This document shows positions 1-10,623 of a stretch of 64,000 nucleotides of DNA, piece by piece. The stretch covers positions 14,446,001 to 14,510,000 of the forward strand of contig JBHGNT010000020.1 of assembly GCA_043228905.1 (NCBI GenBank), written 5' to 3'. Under the pieces are notes generated by a model, which saw only the letters and a program-made list of their open reading frames with translations, had not been told where the DNA came from and did not search any database. The DNA comes from Azolla caroliniana. Lineage: Eukaryota > Plantae > Polypodiophyta. The stretch's first letter is position 1; every line of letters begins with the position of its first letter. A program made the translations under genes and the position numbers.

Positions 1-385
1 GTGAGGGTTAAATGAGAGTGTAAAGAAGGGGAGGATTACTTTTAATCCTCGGGATTGAGACAACCCATTAGTTCAAGTGTGAACTTGCCTGGGGGCCTTG
101 GGTTTCGCTATAAATAAGAGGCCTAGCTACCCTCATTGGAGCATCTTTTGACTACATCGAGACTCTGCTCGTGTGGTGGGTCAACTCTTGTAGCGAGCGC
201 GCCAGCACCAGGTACGACTCGACGCCACGGCGGTGGTATGGGACGCCGATCGAGGCTCGAGTCCGTCTCGATCCCTTCGCTCGGGGGTGGTCGGGTGGAT
301 CGGCACCCTTCTTTCTCTTTCTCCTTTCTATCTATCTTTTCATTATCCTTATCTTAAGCTTACATTAGTACTATGATCTATAATA
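1..385 (+). repeat. 5' LTR (partial) of gypsy element 1
   Basis: Matches the 3' LTR at offset 6563. TATAAATA near 109. Ends TAATA just before the PBS. Confidence 0.95.
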
Positions 386-387
386 TT

Positions 388-397
388 TGGTATCAGA
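388..397 (+). promoter_or_regulatory. Primer binding site, tRNA-iMet
   Basis: TGGTATCAGA 2 nt after the LTR end (canonical TGGTATCAGAGC; last 2 nt diverged). Confidence 0.85.
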
Positions 398-631
398 TTT
401 TTTTACTAATGTTTCTTTGTTTTTCATTTGTCTTTTGATTGATGCTGATCGATCATTGTGCGGTTGGCCTTGATCCAGACAACGATCAACAAAGAACTTC
501 GGTAACTCTTTCCATATTTTTTTTTCTATTCTCTCTTCTCCCATCTAATCATGTGTTTAGTTTATATGTAATTTTTTTCATTAAATCAATGATGTTGTAG
601 TGGTCTTTAATTGATTATCTAAAACGTTTAC

Positions 632-895
632 ATATGTGCACGGGGTCAATACCTCGTTTGACATGTTAATAATATGTGATGAGTGTCGTATGCGTACGAG
701 GTTAATACCTCAATTACGTATTACGTTCACGAACATATGTTACGTTTGCGTATGAGTTTAATACCTTGATTTGTTGTAAACGATATGCGTTTGGTCTCGT
801 ATGCGTAAGAGGTCAATACCTCCATTGCGTATTACGATGATCTCTTATTTGTGGATGTTTCGTGTGCGTAGAGGTATATACCTCGATTACGTATC
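632..895 (+). repeat. Five regularly spaced hairpin motifs (GAGGT-N4-ACCTC core) in the gypsy leader
   Basis: Cores start at 642, 698, 754, 809 and 871 (spacing 56, 56, 55, 62). Most are preceded by a TGCGTA-like motif. Spacers are dissimilar. Confidence 0.7.
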
Positions 896-2202
896 TCGAT
901 CACATCATTTGTGGCTATTTACTATAACGATATGTTGAATATAGGCATATGTGGTCACATATATACGTATTTGATCGTATATATGTGATAAGTAACCATA
1001 TGTGTATATTCGTTATTACGTGATTATATCGAAAGTTGTCATGATCAGGAAAAGGATGTTGGTGGCCGTCCTCACATTTTTGTGAGAATGGCGTTGTCAC
1101 CATCCCTTTTTCAACATTTTTTTATTGTTGATAACCCCATTGACGACCTCGATTTCGTTACGTAAAGAAACGCCAATAGCCAAAATGATGTTGAGTACGT
1201 AGGGCTTGACCCACTTCAAGTGAGGTCGCTCCAATGACGCACGTATCCAACATCCTTCCCTCGTTACATGGATACGATGCCACCATGAGCTCGTTCTTAC
1301 GAGAGGCATTCGTAATGACGTGACCATGTGATGGCCCACGTGAGCCTACTACGAAACGAGGGCTCATTTGGCTTGACCATTAGGTTGCCCTTTGACATAT
1401 GCCATCGTAATTACGAGACTTGAGGTTAGGTAACGTACCAACATAGTGTTGGTAAATGAGGGCGAAATAAGGACCCTTGACATATATGTTCTTTTAAAAA
1501 AACGTATATGATCAATTGCCTCGCATATCTCTTATACGCATCAAACATTAAGCATTCGAGAAGAGCAACTTACTTTGTTGGCTCAAGTGTTTAATGTATT
1601 TGTTCTCGAGGTCTCGAGTTCAAATATGACCAAGACCATACAACATCCTTGATACATATGACTATAACACATGTTTAGACTTAAGGTCTAAGTGCACCTC
1701 GGGGTCCTCGTAATAGGACTTAAAGAGCCGAAACCACTTATGTGGGCACCGAAACATAGTTTATTGTTAACATTTTTTTTCGTGTATAAACTATTCATGA
1801 CGCGAACATACATGGTTGAGCCTCGGGGAGCCACCATGAAAAAATCGATATAGAGATCAGGGAAAGACATTTATTTGTCACCCCCATGGTTTTTAAAACA
1901 CCTTTGTGTTACCATAGTAACCTGATCTTGAACCTCATCTCATACGTCTAGAGGGGTATTGACGTGAGATAATGATATCGATTAATGCTCGCCCATGATA
2001 TGTTTACATCACGACAAGATGTTATGACTATATCTCTGACCTTATCCTATTTCTTTTCCAGAAATAATCTTTAATGGCTCAAATTAACGACCCGATGTCA
2101 TCCGCTCAAGCGGAAGGAACTCAAGGGAATCCTCCTGGACAAATGTCCACTGAGATGTATTTGGCACAAATAACCCAATTCCTTAGTTTCACCGCTCAAT
2201 AG

Positions 2203-5200
2203 ATGACCAAACTTCGGCAATCTCAGAGTGCTCTTGAGGCACGTGTCATTAGCCTACAACGTGAGACTAATAGACTTGATGAGCGACAAGGTGAACCATC
2301 ATTTGTCGTTAAGCCATTTACGGGAGACAAAAAGGAAAGAACCGAAGAAGCAATCTGCACATGGCTAGGACGATGGGAGTCTCATTTTGAGCTCTATCCC
2401 ACGCCAGATAGTACGAAGATTGCATATGTCGGCCGAGAACTCGGGGGTAAGGCCGCCGCCTGGTGGCGTGGCCTCCGTACTATGGGGAAATTGCCCGATA
2501 CCTGGACAGATTTTGTCACGGTTTATAAGGGCCAATTTCTGCAACCTCCCTCTCGAACCGAGGCAGCACAAGCTTTAATGAACCTCTCTAGCAGGAAATT
2601 TTCCTCGCTAGAAGACTATGTTCACCATGCTAGAACCCAAATCCAAAAATCGGGTCTAGAAGGGGACAATTGGTTGATAGCTTGTTTTGTCAATGGCATC
2701 CCCAATTCGGACTATCACTGGATAGTGCACGATAAGGATCCAAAATCCTTCGAAGAGGCCGTTGAAATAGTTCTTCGCTATCAACGCACTTCGAAGAAGG
2801 ACCATAACAAACCCAACGAAGCGCCCGGGACTAAGCAGTCGCAATTTGTTGGGAAACGCAAGACACCCAACGAATTCCTGGATCGCGATTGTAAGCGACA
2901 ACATCCTTTTTGTGTATTCTGCAAAAAGAAGGGTCATACAAAAGATCAATGTCGAAAGCTCCAACGGAAAGAGCACGACAACAAAGCTAAAGCTGCAGAC
3001 CATAAAGGTCAGATTCCTAATGTCCTTCAGGTCTATACACATCATTTAAGTAATTGTCAATGTTCTTTCCCTCACTATGTATTGGGTCCCAATGATTTAC
3101 TACGTGCAAACGGGTATATCAATGGATCTCCCGTACAATTTTTATTTGATTCGGGAAGCTCACACAATTTTGTGAATGATCGGTTGGTTCAGATATGGGG
3201 AATCCAACCCACCGTAAGTGATCACACCTACATGGTGCACTTGGCTGATGGAAGAGTACAATACATCAACGGGGCGATTCATTCATTAGGAATTTCTATT
3301 GATACTTATATAGAGGAAGTAGACTTCCATGTAATGAATCTTTGTACCACCGATGTAATATTGGGTTATCCCTGGTTTTATAATAAAAACTCTTCTTTAT
3401 TTATTGATTGGGTTCGTCATTCCATTTCTTTTGTACTGAACGATTGTACGCATTTTATTCAATGTGTAAAAAAACAATCCCTCTCGATTGTTTCCTCGTG
3501 TCCATCAATATCCGAGTTGTCTTGTTCTACGTTATTTTATTGTGTACTTGATCCGGACATTCACGTTTACAATATCGATAATGTCCCGATTCAATTAACA
3601 TATTTTGAACAACAACAACTTGATGAAATCTTAAATGATTTTCATGATGTTTTTCCAAGTGAACTACCTGATGGGTTACCTCCTAAACGTAATATAGACC
3701 ATCGTATAGATATTGTACCTGGTGTTGCACCAATAAGTATACCTCCGTATCGCTTAAGTCGATCCGAAGAAGATGAGGTATCTAAGCAACTCAAGGACTA
3801 TTTACGAATGGGTTATATACGTTATAGTAAATCTCCATGGGGTGCACCAGTTCTCTTGGTTAAAAAGAAAGAGGGCACATGGCGTATGTGTATTAATTAC
3901 CGACGCTTGAATAAAGTGACGATCAAGAATTCGTATTCATTGCCCCGGGCTGACGATCTAATTGACCGTCTCCAGGGAGCTCGGTATTTTACGAAACTTG
4001 ATCTCCGTACTGGCTACCATCAAATACGAATAAGTGAGGACGATGTTCCTAAAACGGCATTTCGTACGCGCTATGGCCATTACGAGTTTTTGGTTATGCC
4101 TTTTGGTTTGACCAATGCTCCGGCTACTTTTCAACAAGACATGAATGACATTTTCCGAGAACAACTTGGAAAATTTGTCGTTATTTTCTTGGATGATATT
4201 TTAGTTTATAGCCGTACATTACAAGAACATGCTAGACATGTCCGCTTTGTTTTACAAACATTGCGTGACAAACAGTTTTATGCGAAGATCTCAAAATGTG
4301 AGTTCTTCAAGAAATCAATTACTTATCTAGGACATCTCATAACCGAACGAGGAGTTGAAATTGATCCTTCTCGCATTGAGAAAATCAAGCTTTGGCCCAC
4401 TCTTCGGAATATTCGAGAAGTTCGATCATTCCTTGGTTTTGTGGGGTTTTTGCGAAAGTCTCTTCGTAATTACTCCCAATTGACGACGCCGTTTACTGAT
4501 CTTTTAAAAGGTCAAACGCGTAAGTCTACAAAACCTATTGTGTGGAATGCTACACTAGACCTTGCCTTTACGGAACTCAAGGACCTGGTTTGCAAGGCTC
4601 CTTCACTTCTTTTACCCGATCCTTCAAAACCTTTTGAGGTTGAAACCGATGCCAGCGATTACGCTATAGGTGCTGTCTTGTATCAAGATGGTAAACCGAT
4701 AGCATTCGAGAGTAAGAAACTTGATTCTGCTCAATGTCGGTATACCGTTCAAGAAAAGGAATTATTTGCAGTTATACATGCGCTCAAAACATGGCGCCAT
4801 TATCTTTATGGAAATCACTTTGTGGTAACTACGGACCACGAGTCCTTGAAATATTTTTGTGACCAACAAGACCTGAAAGGTCGTAAGGCACGATGGGCTG
4901 ATCTCATCCAGGACTTTGATTTTTCCATACGATATCGTAAAGGTTCCATGAACACTGTCGCTGATGCACTAAGTCGCATCCGTGAAGTTAACACGCTTAG
5001 CTTCACTGAAATATCATCAGATCTTTATGATCACCTTCGAGGAAAGTATCCTGATGACAGTTATTTCGCAAAATACTGGGCAAGAGTTGAGTCTGGAACA
5101 GACACCACCACATCCTCGAAGGAATACTTCCACATTGCTAACGGTTTGCTCTACCGTAATGGGAAGGTTTGTGTTCCAGATTTACCCGAGGTCAAAAAGA

Positions 5201-6507
5201 GGATTCTTTTTGATTGCCATGATGCACCCTCAGCAGGGCACCCTGGAATACATCGTACACTCGTTCTCATCTCCACTCAATTTTATTGGCCTAAGATGCG
5301 TCCTGACATACATAGCTATGTGACTAAATGTCACCAGTGTCAGGTTAACAAAGCCGAGCGACTTAAAGTCGCAGGACTTTTACATCCCTTGGACATTCCC
5401 AATAATAAGTGGGAAAGTATATCCATGGATTTTATTGTTAGCCTTCCTCGCACCCAAAAAGGTCATGATGCCATCTGGGTTGTCGTTGATCGGCTAACTA
5501 AAATGGCCAGATTTATTGCTACTAAAACCACGGTAACAGCTCCTGAATTGGCTTACCAATTCGTTGACGAATTGTTTCGTTTTTATGGGTTACCGATGGA
5601 TATCGTGAGTGATCGAGATCCAAAGTTTACTAGTGACTTCTGGACACAGGTCTTTAAGAAGTTAGAAACTACGTTGAGCATGAGCTCCACGGATCATCCT
5701 CAATCCGATGGACAGACAGAACGAGTAAATCAAATTATTGAGGACATGCTTCGAGCATACGTTGGTGCAAAACCAACAAAATGGGAACGTTATCTCCCAA
5801 TTTTGGAGTTTGCTTATAACAGCTCCAAGCATACGTCGACGGGATATAGTCCTTTTATGTTGATGTATGGTTTTCAGCCACGAGCCCCGATTGATGTTAA
5901 TATACATCATGATGAGTTGCGAAGTACGCAAAACTTTCTTCGGGATATGCAAGATATGTTGCATATTGCACGAGATAATATAAAAACAGCTCAAGATAGA
6001 GCGCGTTTTTATGCCGATCATCATAGGCAACCTCGTGTATTCAACCCTGGACAGAAGGTATTTTTACGTGTACCTCACAATTCTAAGACATTGTCTACGG
6101 GTAAGTGCGCTAAGTTAGCCCCACGGTTTTGTGGACCTTTTACAGTCCTCAAACGCATTGGGTCATCAGCCTATCGTCTCGCTCTTCCCGATGGTGTCGG
6201 AATTCATCCAGTCTTTCATGTGAGTCGTCTAAAAGAACTTCTAGGTTCTGGCGACAATACAGTTATGACTGAAACTCTGGTTACTTCTGAAGAATTATCT
6301 TCTAAACCACATGTACCAGAAAGAATTCTCGATGTTAAAACAAAAAAATTACGTACTAAAGAAATCCGAGAATTCAAAATAAAATGGATGGCTAAATCAA
6401 TCAAAGATGCCACATGGGAACGCGAAAATACTCTTAGAACTAACTTCCCTAACTTTCCATTGCAAGAGTGCAATGTTTTAAAGAGGGGGAGTATGTTACG
6501 GGCATGA
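2203..6507 (+). CDS. Gag-Pol polyprotein (gag, CCHC knuckle, protease, RT, RNase H, integrase, chromodomain)
   Basis: [14 protein letters not shown]; LFDSGS; KLDLRTGY...FLDDIL; ETDASD; HPGI...CHQC; SMDF...SDRD...GQTE; C-terminal PERILD...FKIKW...DATWE. An in-frame upstream ATG at 2074 is blocked by TAG at 2200-2202. Confidence 0.96.
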   Translation: MTKLRQSQSALEARVISLQRETNRLDERQGEPSFVVKPFTGDKKERTEEAICTWLGRWESHFELYPTPDSTKIAYVGRELGGKAAAWWRGLRTMGKLPDTWTDFVTVYKGQFLQPPSRTEAAQALMNLSSRKFSSLEDYVHHARTQIQKSGLEGDNWLIACFVNGIPNSDYHWIVHDKDPKSFEEAVEIVLRYQRTSKKDHNKPNEAPGTKQSQFVGKRKTPNEFLDRDCKRQHPFCVFCKKKGHTKDQCRKLQRKEHDNKAKAADHKGQIPNVLQVYTHHLSNCQCSFPHYVLGPNDLLRANGYINGSPVQFLFDSGSSHNFVNDRLVQIWGIQPTVSDHTYMVHLADGRVQYINGAIHSLGISIDTYIEEVDFHVMNLCTTDVILGYPWFYNKNSSLFIDWVRHSISFVLNDCTHFIQCVKKQSLSIVSSCPSISELSCSTLFYCVLDPDIHVYNIDNVPIQLTYFEQQQLDEILNDFHDVFPSELPDGLPPKRNIDHRIDIVPGVAPISIPPYRLSRSEEDEVSKQLKDYLRMGYIRYSKSPWGAPVLLVKKKEGTWRMCINYRRLNKVTIKNSYSLPRADDLIDRLQGARYFTKLDLRTGYHQIRISEDDVPKTAFRTRYGHYEFLVMPFGLTNAPATFQQDMNDIFREQLGKFVVIFLDDILVYSRTLQEHARHVRFVLQTLRDKQFYAKISKCEFFKKSITYLGHLITERGVEIDPSRIEKIKLWPTLRNIREVRSFLGFVGFLRKSLRNYSQLTTPFTDLLKGQTRKSTKPIVWNATLDLAFTELKDLVCKAPSLLLPDPSKPFEVETDASDYAIGAVLYQDGKPIAFESKKLDSAQCRYTVQEKELFAVIHALKTWRHYLYGNHFVVTTDHESLKYFCDQQDLKGRKARWADLIQDFDFSIRYRKGSMNTVADALSRIREVNTLSFTEISSDLYDHLRGKYPDDSYFAKYWARVESGTDTTTSSKEYFHIANGLLYRNGKVCVPDLPEVKKRILFDCHDAPSAGHPGIHRTLVLISTQFYWPKMRPDIHSYVTKCHQCQVNKAERLKVAGLLHPLDIPNNKWESISMDFIVSLPRTQKGHDAIWVVVDRLTKMARFIATKTTVTAPELAYQFVDELFRFYGLPMDIVSDRDPKFTSDFWTQVFKKLETTLSMSSTDHPQSDGQTERVNQIIEDMLRAYVGAKPTKWERYLPILEFAYNSSKHTSTGYSPFMLMYGFQPRAPIDVNIHHDELRSTQNFLRDMQDMLHIARDNIKTAQDRARFYADHHRQPRVFNPGQKVFLRVPHNSKTLSTGKCAKLAPRFCGPFTVLKRIGSSAYRLALPDGVGIHPVFHVSRLKELLGSGDNTVMTETLVTSEELSSKPHVPERILDVKTKKLRTKEIREFKIKWMAKSIKDATWERENTLRTNFPNFPLQECNVLKRGSMLRA

Positions 6508-6948
6508 CCATATAATATCCCGTGGTAAGAATTTACCGTAGTATTCTATACACGTGGATAAGTGTGAGGGTTAAATGAGAGTGTAAAGAAGGGGAGGATT
6601 ACTTTTAATCCTCGGGATTGAGACAACCCATTAGTTCAAGTGTGAACTTGCCTGGGGGCCTTGGGTTTCGCTATAAATAAGAGGCCTAGCTACCCTCATT
6701 GGAGCATCTTTTGACTACATCGAGACTCTGCTCGTGTGGTGGGTCAACTCTTGTAGCGAGCGCGCCAGCACCAGGTACGACTCGACGCCACGGCGGTGGT
6801 ATGGGACGCCGATCGAGGCTCGAGTCCGTCTCGATCCCTTCGCTCGGGGGTGGTCGGGTGGATCGGCACCCTTCTTTCTCTTTCTCCTTTCTATCTATCT
6901 TTTCATTATCCTTATCTTAAGCTTACATTAGTACTATGATCTATAATA
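6494..6948 (+). repeat. 3' LTR of gypsy element 1 (455 bp)
   Basis: Starts TGTTA 3 nt after the PPT, ends TAATA, and matches 1-385. Confidence 0.95.
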
Positions 6949-6974
6949 TGCCTGTTGATTCCTCGTGCTACATT

Positions 6975-7310
6975 TGGTATGGCTCCGCTTCGTGGGTGGT
7001 AGTGGTGATTTTCTAAGACTCATCCTAGCTGACGTTGTTCACATCTTTCTTAGTACCCATGTACTCCTCTTCATGGGTGGTAGCTATGTTTTTCACACAC
7101 TCATCCGGATGGTGTCATCCATATCTTTCGCAGTACCCATGTGCTCCGCTTCATGGGTGGTATTGGTGTTTTTTGCAAATTCCTCCAGGATGCTGTTCTC
7201 CACATCTTTTTAAGTGCACATGTGCTCCTCTTCATGGCTGGTAGTTGTGTTTTTTGCAAACTCATCCTGGATGGTGTTGTCCACATCTTTCTTAGTACCC
7301 ATGTGCTCCT
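6975..7310 (-). repeat. Four ~81-bp (27-codon) tandem repeats encoding acidic peptide repeats on the minus strand
   Basis: CTCC(G/T)CTTC(A/G)TGG recurs near 6983, 7064, 7144 and 7225. Minus-strand reading gives HMGTKKDVDNTIQDEFAKNTTTSHEEE-like units. Confidence 0.75.
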
Positions 7311-7407
7311 TGTGGACAATGCTAGAAACCTCATTCTTTGTATAGCTATTCTCCTCTTCTAAATTGAATGTGATGCTTTCTTCACAATCCTCATGTGTGG
7401 TTGTGGT

Positions 7408-7712
7408 GTTGTTAGAGTCATATTTTGTGTAAGGCATAGTCACAATCTCGAAATCTTCATGTCTGTTCCATATAGTGCCTCAATCATCTTCATGTATTTG
7501 TTCATCTCCTAGTTCTTGTCCAACTAAATTTGAATGCACCCAACAATACCAGTGTCAAGTGTTGTTAGAGTCATATTTTGTGCAAGGCATAGTCACAATC
7601 TCGGAATCTTCATGTCTGTTCCATATAGTGCCTCAATCATCTTCATGTATTTGTTCATCTCCTAGTTCTTGTCCAACTAAATCTGAATGCACCCAACAAT
7701 ACTAGTGTCAAT
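7408..7712. repeat. Two near-identical 153-bp tandem repeats
   Basis: GTTAGAGTCATATTTTGTG... at 7411 and 7564. The period is a multiple of 3. Confidence 0.85.
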
Positions 7713-8120
7713 ACTAATCTCAATTAACATACAAGGTAAAGGTTCACACTCCTGCCTATTGTTACATCGGCGTGATCCTCTACTTCTATAGGCAGCTCTT
7801 TGCATGTGGCCGTGTTTATCATGTTCTCCTCGCCCTAATTGTCTATGGAATCCAACTCCTTAATAGTGCAACGGATGGTGCTAGTCCTCATCAAATTCCC
7901 AAATTCCTTCTTCAATATCTGTATATGATGCCAAAACACAAATTTTCGTTTGCTTTACATCAATACTAAATATGCTAGAGACTATAACCTAGGTGGTGAT
8001 GAACAATGTTAGTATTGTTACAACTAAACTGTTATGGCCTTCATGTGTATTTGCTTTAAATCAATCCTAAATCACTTGGAACACAAAAAAATACAATGTG
8101 AGGAACCATGTTAGTACTAA

Positions 8121-9390
8121 TATAGGGATGGATTCTAGTCTACACCATGCTTGTACCCACCTAAATATAGAATGGATTCTAGTCTACACCATGCTTGTAC
8201 CCACCTAAATATAGAATGGATTCTAGTTCTAAACCAACTGTACAACTAATTCCAAAATGAAGTGTGTACTATGTTAGTACTAGCTCACCAAAATATAGCA
8301 TGGATTCTAGTACTGCACCAACTGTACACCTAAAGGTCTATTGAAGTGTGTACTATGCCTATCCTAGCCCACCTAAATATAGAATGGATTCTAGTAATAA
8401 ACCAATTGCACAACTAATTGCATATTGAAGTTTGTACTATATTCGTACTACCTCACCTAAATTTGTCCTATGCTTGTACCAGCCCACCTAAATATAGAAT
8501 GGATTCTAGTAGTAAACCAATTGTACAACTAATTCCAAAATGAAGTGTGTATTATGTTAGTACTAGCTCACCTAAATATAGCATGGATTCTAGTATTGCA
8601 CCAATTGTACACCTAAAGGTCTACTAAACTGTGTACTATGCCTATCCTAGCCCACCTAAATATAGAATGGATTCTAGTACTAAACCAATTGTACAGCTAA
8701 TTGCATATTGAAGTTTGTACTATATTTGTACTAGCTCACCTAAATATAGGATGGATTCTAGTACTACACCAAATATACACCTAAAGGTCTCCTGAAGTGT
8801 GTAATATGCTAGTACTAGCCCACCTAAATATAGAATTGATCCTAGTACTAAACCAATTGTACAACTAATTGCATATTGAAGTTTGTACTATATTTGTACT
8901 ACCTCACCTAAATTTGTCCTATGCTTGTACTAACCCACCTATATAGAATGGATTCTAGTACTAAACCAATTGTACAACTAATTCCAAAATGAAGTGTGTA
9001 CTATGTTAGTACTAGCTCACCTAAATATAGCATGGATTCTAGTATTGCACCAACTGTACACCTAAAGGTCTACTAAACTGTGTACTATGCCTATCCTAGC
9101 CCACCTAAATATAGAATGGATTCTAGTACTAAACCAATTGTACAACTAATTGCATATTGAAGTTTGTACTATATTTGTACTAGCTCACTTAAATATAGGA
9201 TGGATTCTAGTACTACACACCTGCACTTGGAGACACAAACTACACACCTGCACTTGAATGAAGTGTGTACTATGTTAGTACTAGCCCACCTAAGTATAAG
9301 ATGGATTTTAGTACTCCACCAATTGTACACCTAAAGGTGTATTGAAGTGTGTACTATGCTAGTATTAGCCCAGCTAAATATAGAATGGGA
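8121..9390. repeat. Complex minisatellite, ~80-bp units with higher-order structure
   Basis: About 15 copies of CACCTAAATATAG(A/C/G)ATGGATTCTAGTAC...CAATTGTAC. Rich in short palindromes (CTAG, AGTACT, TGTACA, CAATTG). Confidence 0.9.
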
Positions 9391-10623
9391 TTCAATCAAA
9401 GTAGCATGTTTAGTACTATAACATCTATACACCAACATGTAAAATGAGTTATTATGAATGCACAAAAACTAAACGACATAAATATTGATGCAACTCATAG
9501 TGATGGAGTGAAACCAGTACTAAACCATGAATTTTCTTTTTTCTAGTATGAATTGTGATCTAAACCTATATTAAACCAACTATAAAATGGAATTAGAAAA
9601 TACAAAAAAACATAATAGCAGTATCACATACCAGTGGGGTGAACTTTGAAACCCATAGCTAAGTACTATTCAGCTCCAATAGTAATTTTACAATGCATAC
9701 ATATATTTATTTTCTCAAAGTGGTACTTAGCACATAGCATATGATATGTGTCCAAACACAATGTAATCACAACATCCATAGCCTCGAGCTTGAATCCAAA
9801 GCCACAAAATACACACCTGCACTTGGAGACACACTTGAATATAAACCTTAGAAGGTAAAAGGAGAGATATCCTTTGAGGCATCCTCAAACTTCAAGACAA
9901 TTTTTGTATTGGAGGACTCTCTATAATGTGATGATTGGTGACGAGTAAATTCTTCCCAGTCAACTTCAATGTCATTTGAACTTCACATGCAAAAACACAT
10001 GTGCTTCACCCTTTCTTTGGTCTTTGCCTTTTTACTTTCTTTTATGAGGGGTCCACGTTCTTTCCTTTGTGGGTGTCATCACTTCATCTTTGACTAGTGC
10101 CTTCTTCGTGGGTGTCTTCTCTATCATTTTTCTAGTTCTCACTCTTCTTCTAAAAAAGCTTCCACAACATAGTATTAACTCCCTTACATAGCTATAAACT
10201 AGTACTTCGCGCATCAATATACATAGTAGAATACCATTCCTAGATCATGCAGTAGATTAGCACACTATAAATATGTCTAGACAACAATACTAAATCAACA
10301 AGAGCAAGAAGAATAACAACAAGAAAACAACGATTGAACATAGCAGCACTAAGTCAAGCATCCCCCTTTCCAACAAGAAGAAGAAGAAGCAAAGCAAATT
10401 CAAGCATATACATTCTCAATTTCAAGAAGTAACTAAAAAAAGACGAATTTCAAAAACATACATTCTCAATTTATATCACAAACTTTACAACCAATGTTAT
10501 TTTATAAGAAATGATTTTTGGGAAATCATAAGAATTCAAAACACATGATTTTATATTACTCGATTTGTTACAAGCGGAATGTAGTTACACTTAATAGCCA
10601 AATATACATTCATGATCACTCCT

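Larger units (their letters stand above)
1..6948 (+). mobile_element. Ty3/gypsy LTR retrotransposon, chromovirus type; 5' LTR runs off the window
   Basis: 1-385 appears identical to 6564-6948. PBS TGGTATCAGA at 388-397; PPT AAGAGGGGGAG at 6481-6491. Single gag-pol ORF in PR-RT-RH-INT-chromodomain order. Confidence 0.97.
6950..10150 (-). pseudogene. Decayed multi-exon gene with a RING-type zinc finger and an acidic repeat C-terminus
   Basis: Minus strand from 9815 reads CVFCGFGFKLEAMDVVITLCLDTYHMLCAKYHF, then IGAE*YLAMGF in a shifted frame, ending at a GTATGT donor near 9631. A further exon-like block at ~7735-7918 lies between cag and gtatgt. Contains stops and frameshifts. Confidence 0.45.

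Noticed and set aside
136-368. Short ORFs duplicated at 6699-6931 (and 46750-47360 / 51540-52150)
   Set aside because: They lie within LTRs, so the duplication reflects the LTR pairs.
632-895. CRISPR array in the gypsy leader
   Set aside because: The repeats are short and degenerate, lie inside a eukaryotic retroelement, and have no cas genes.
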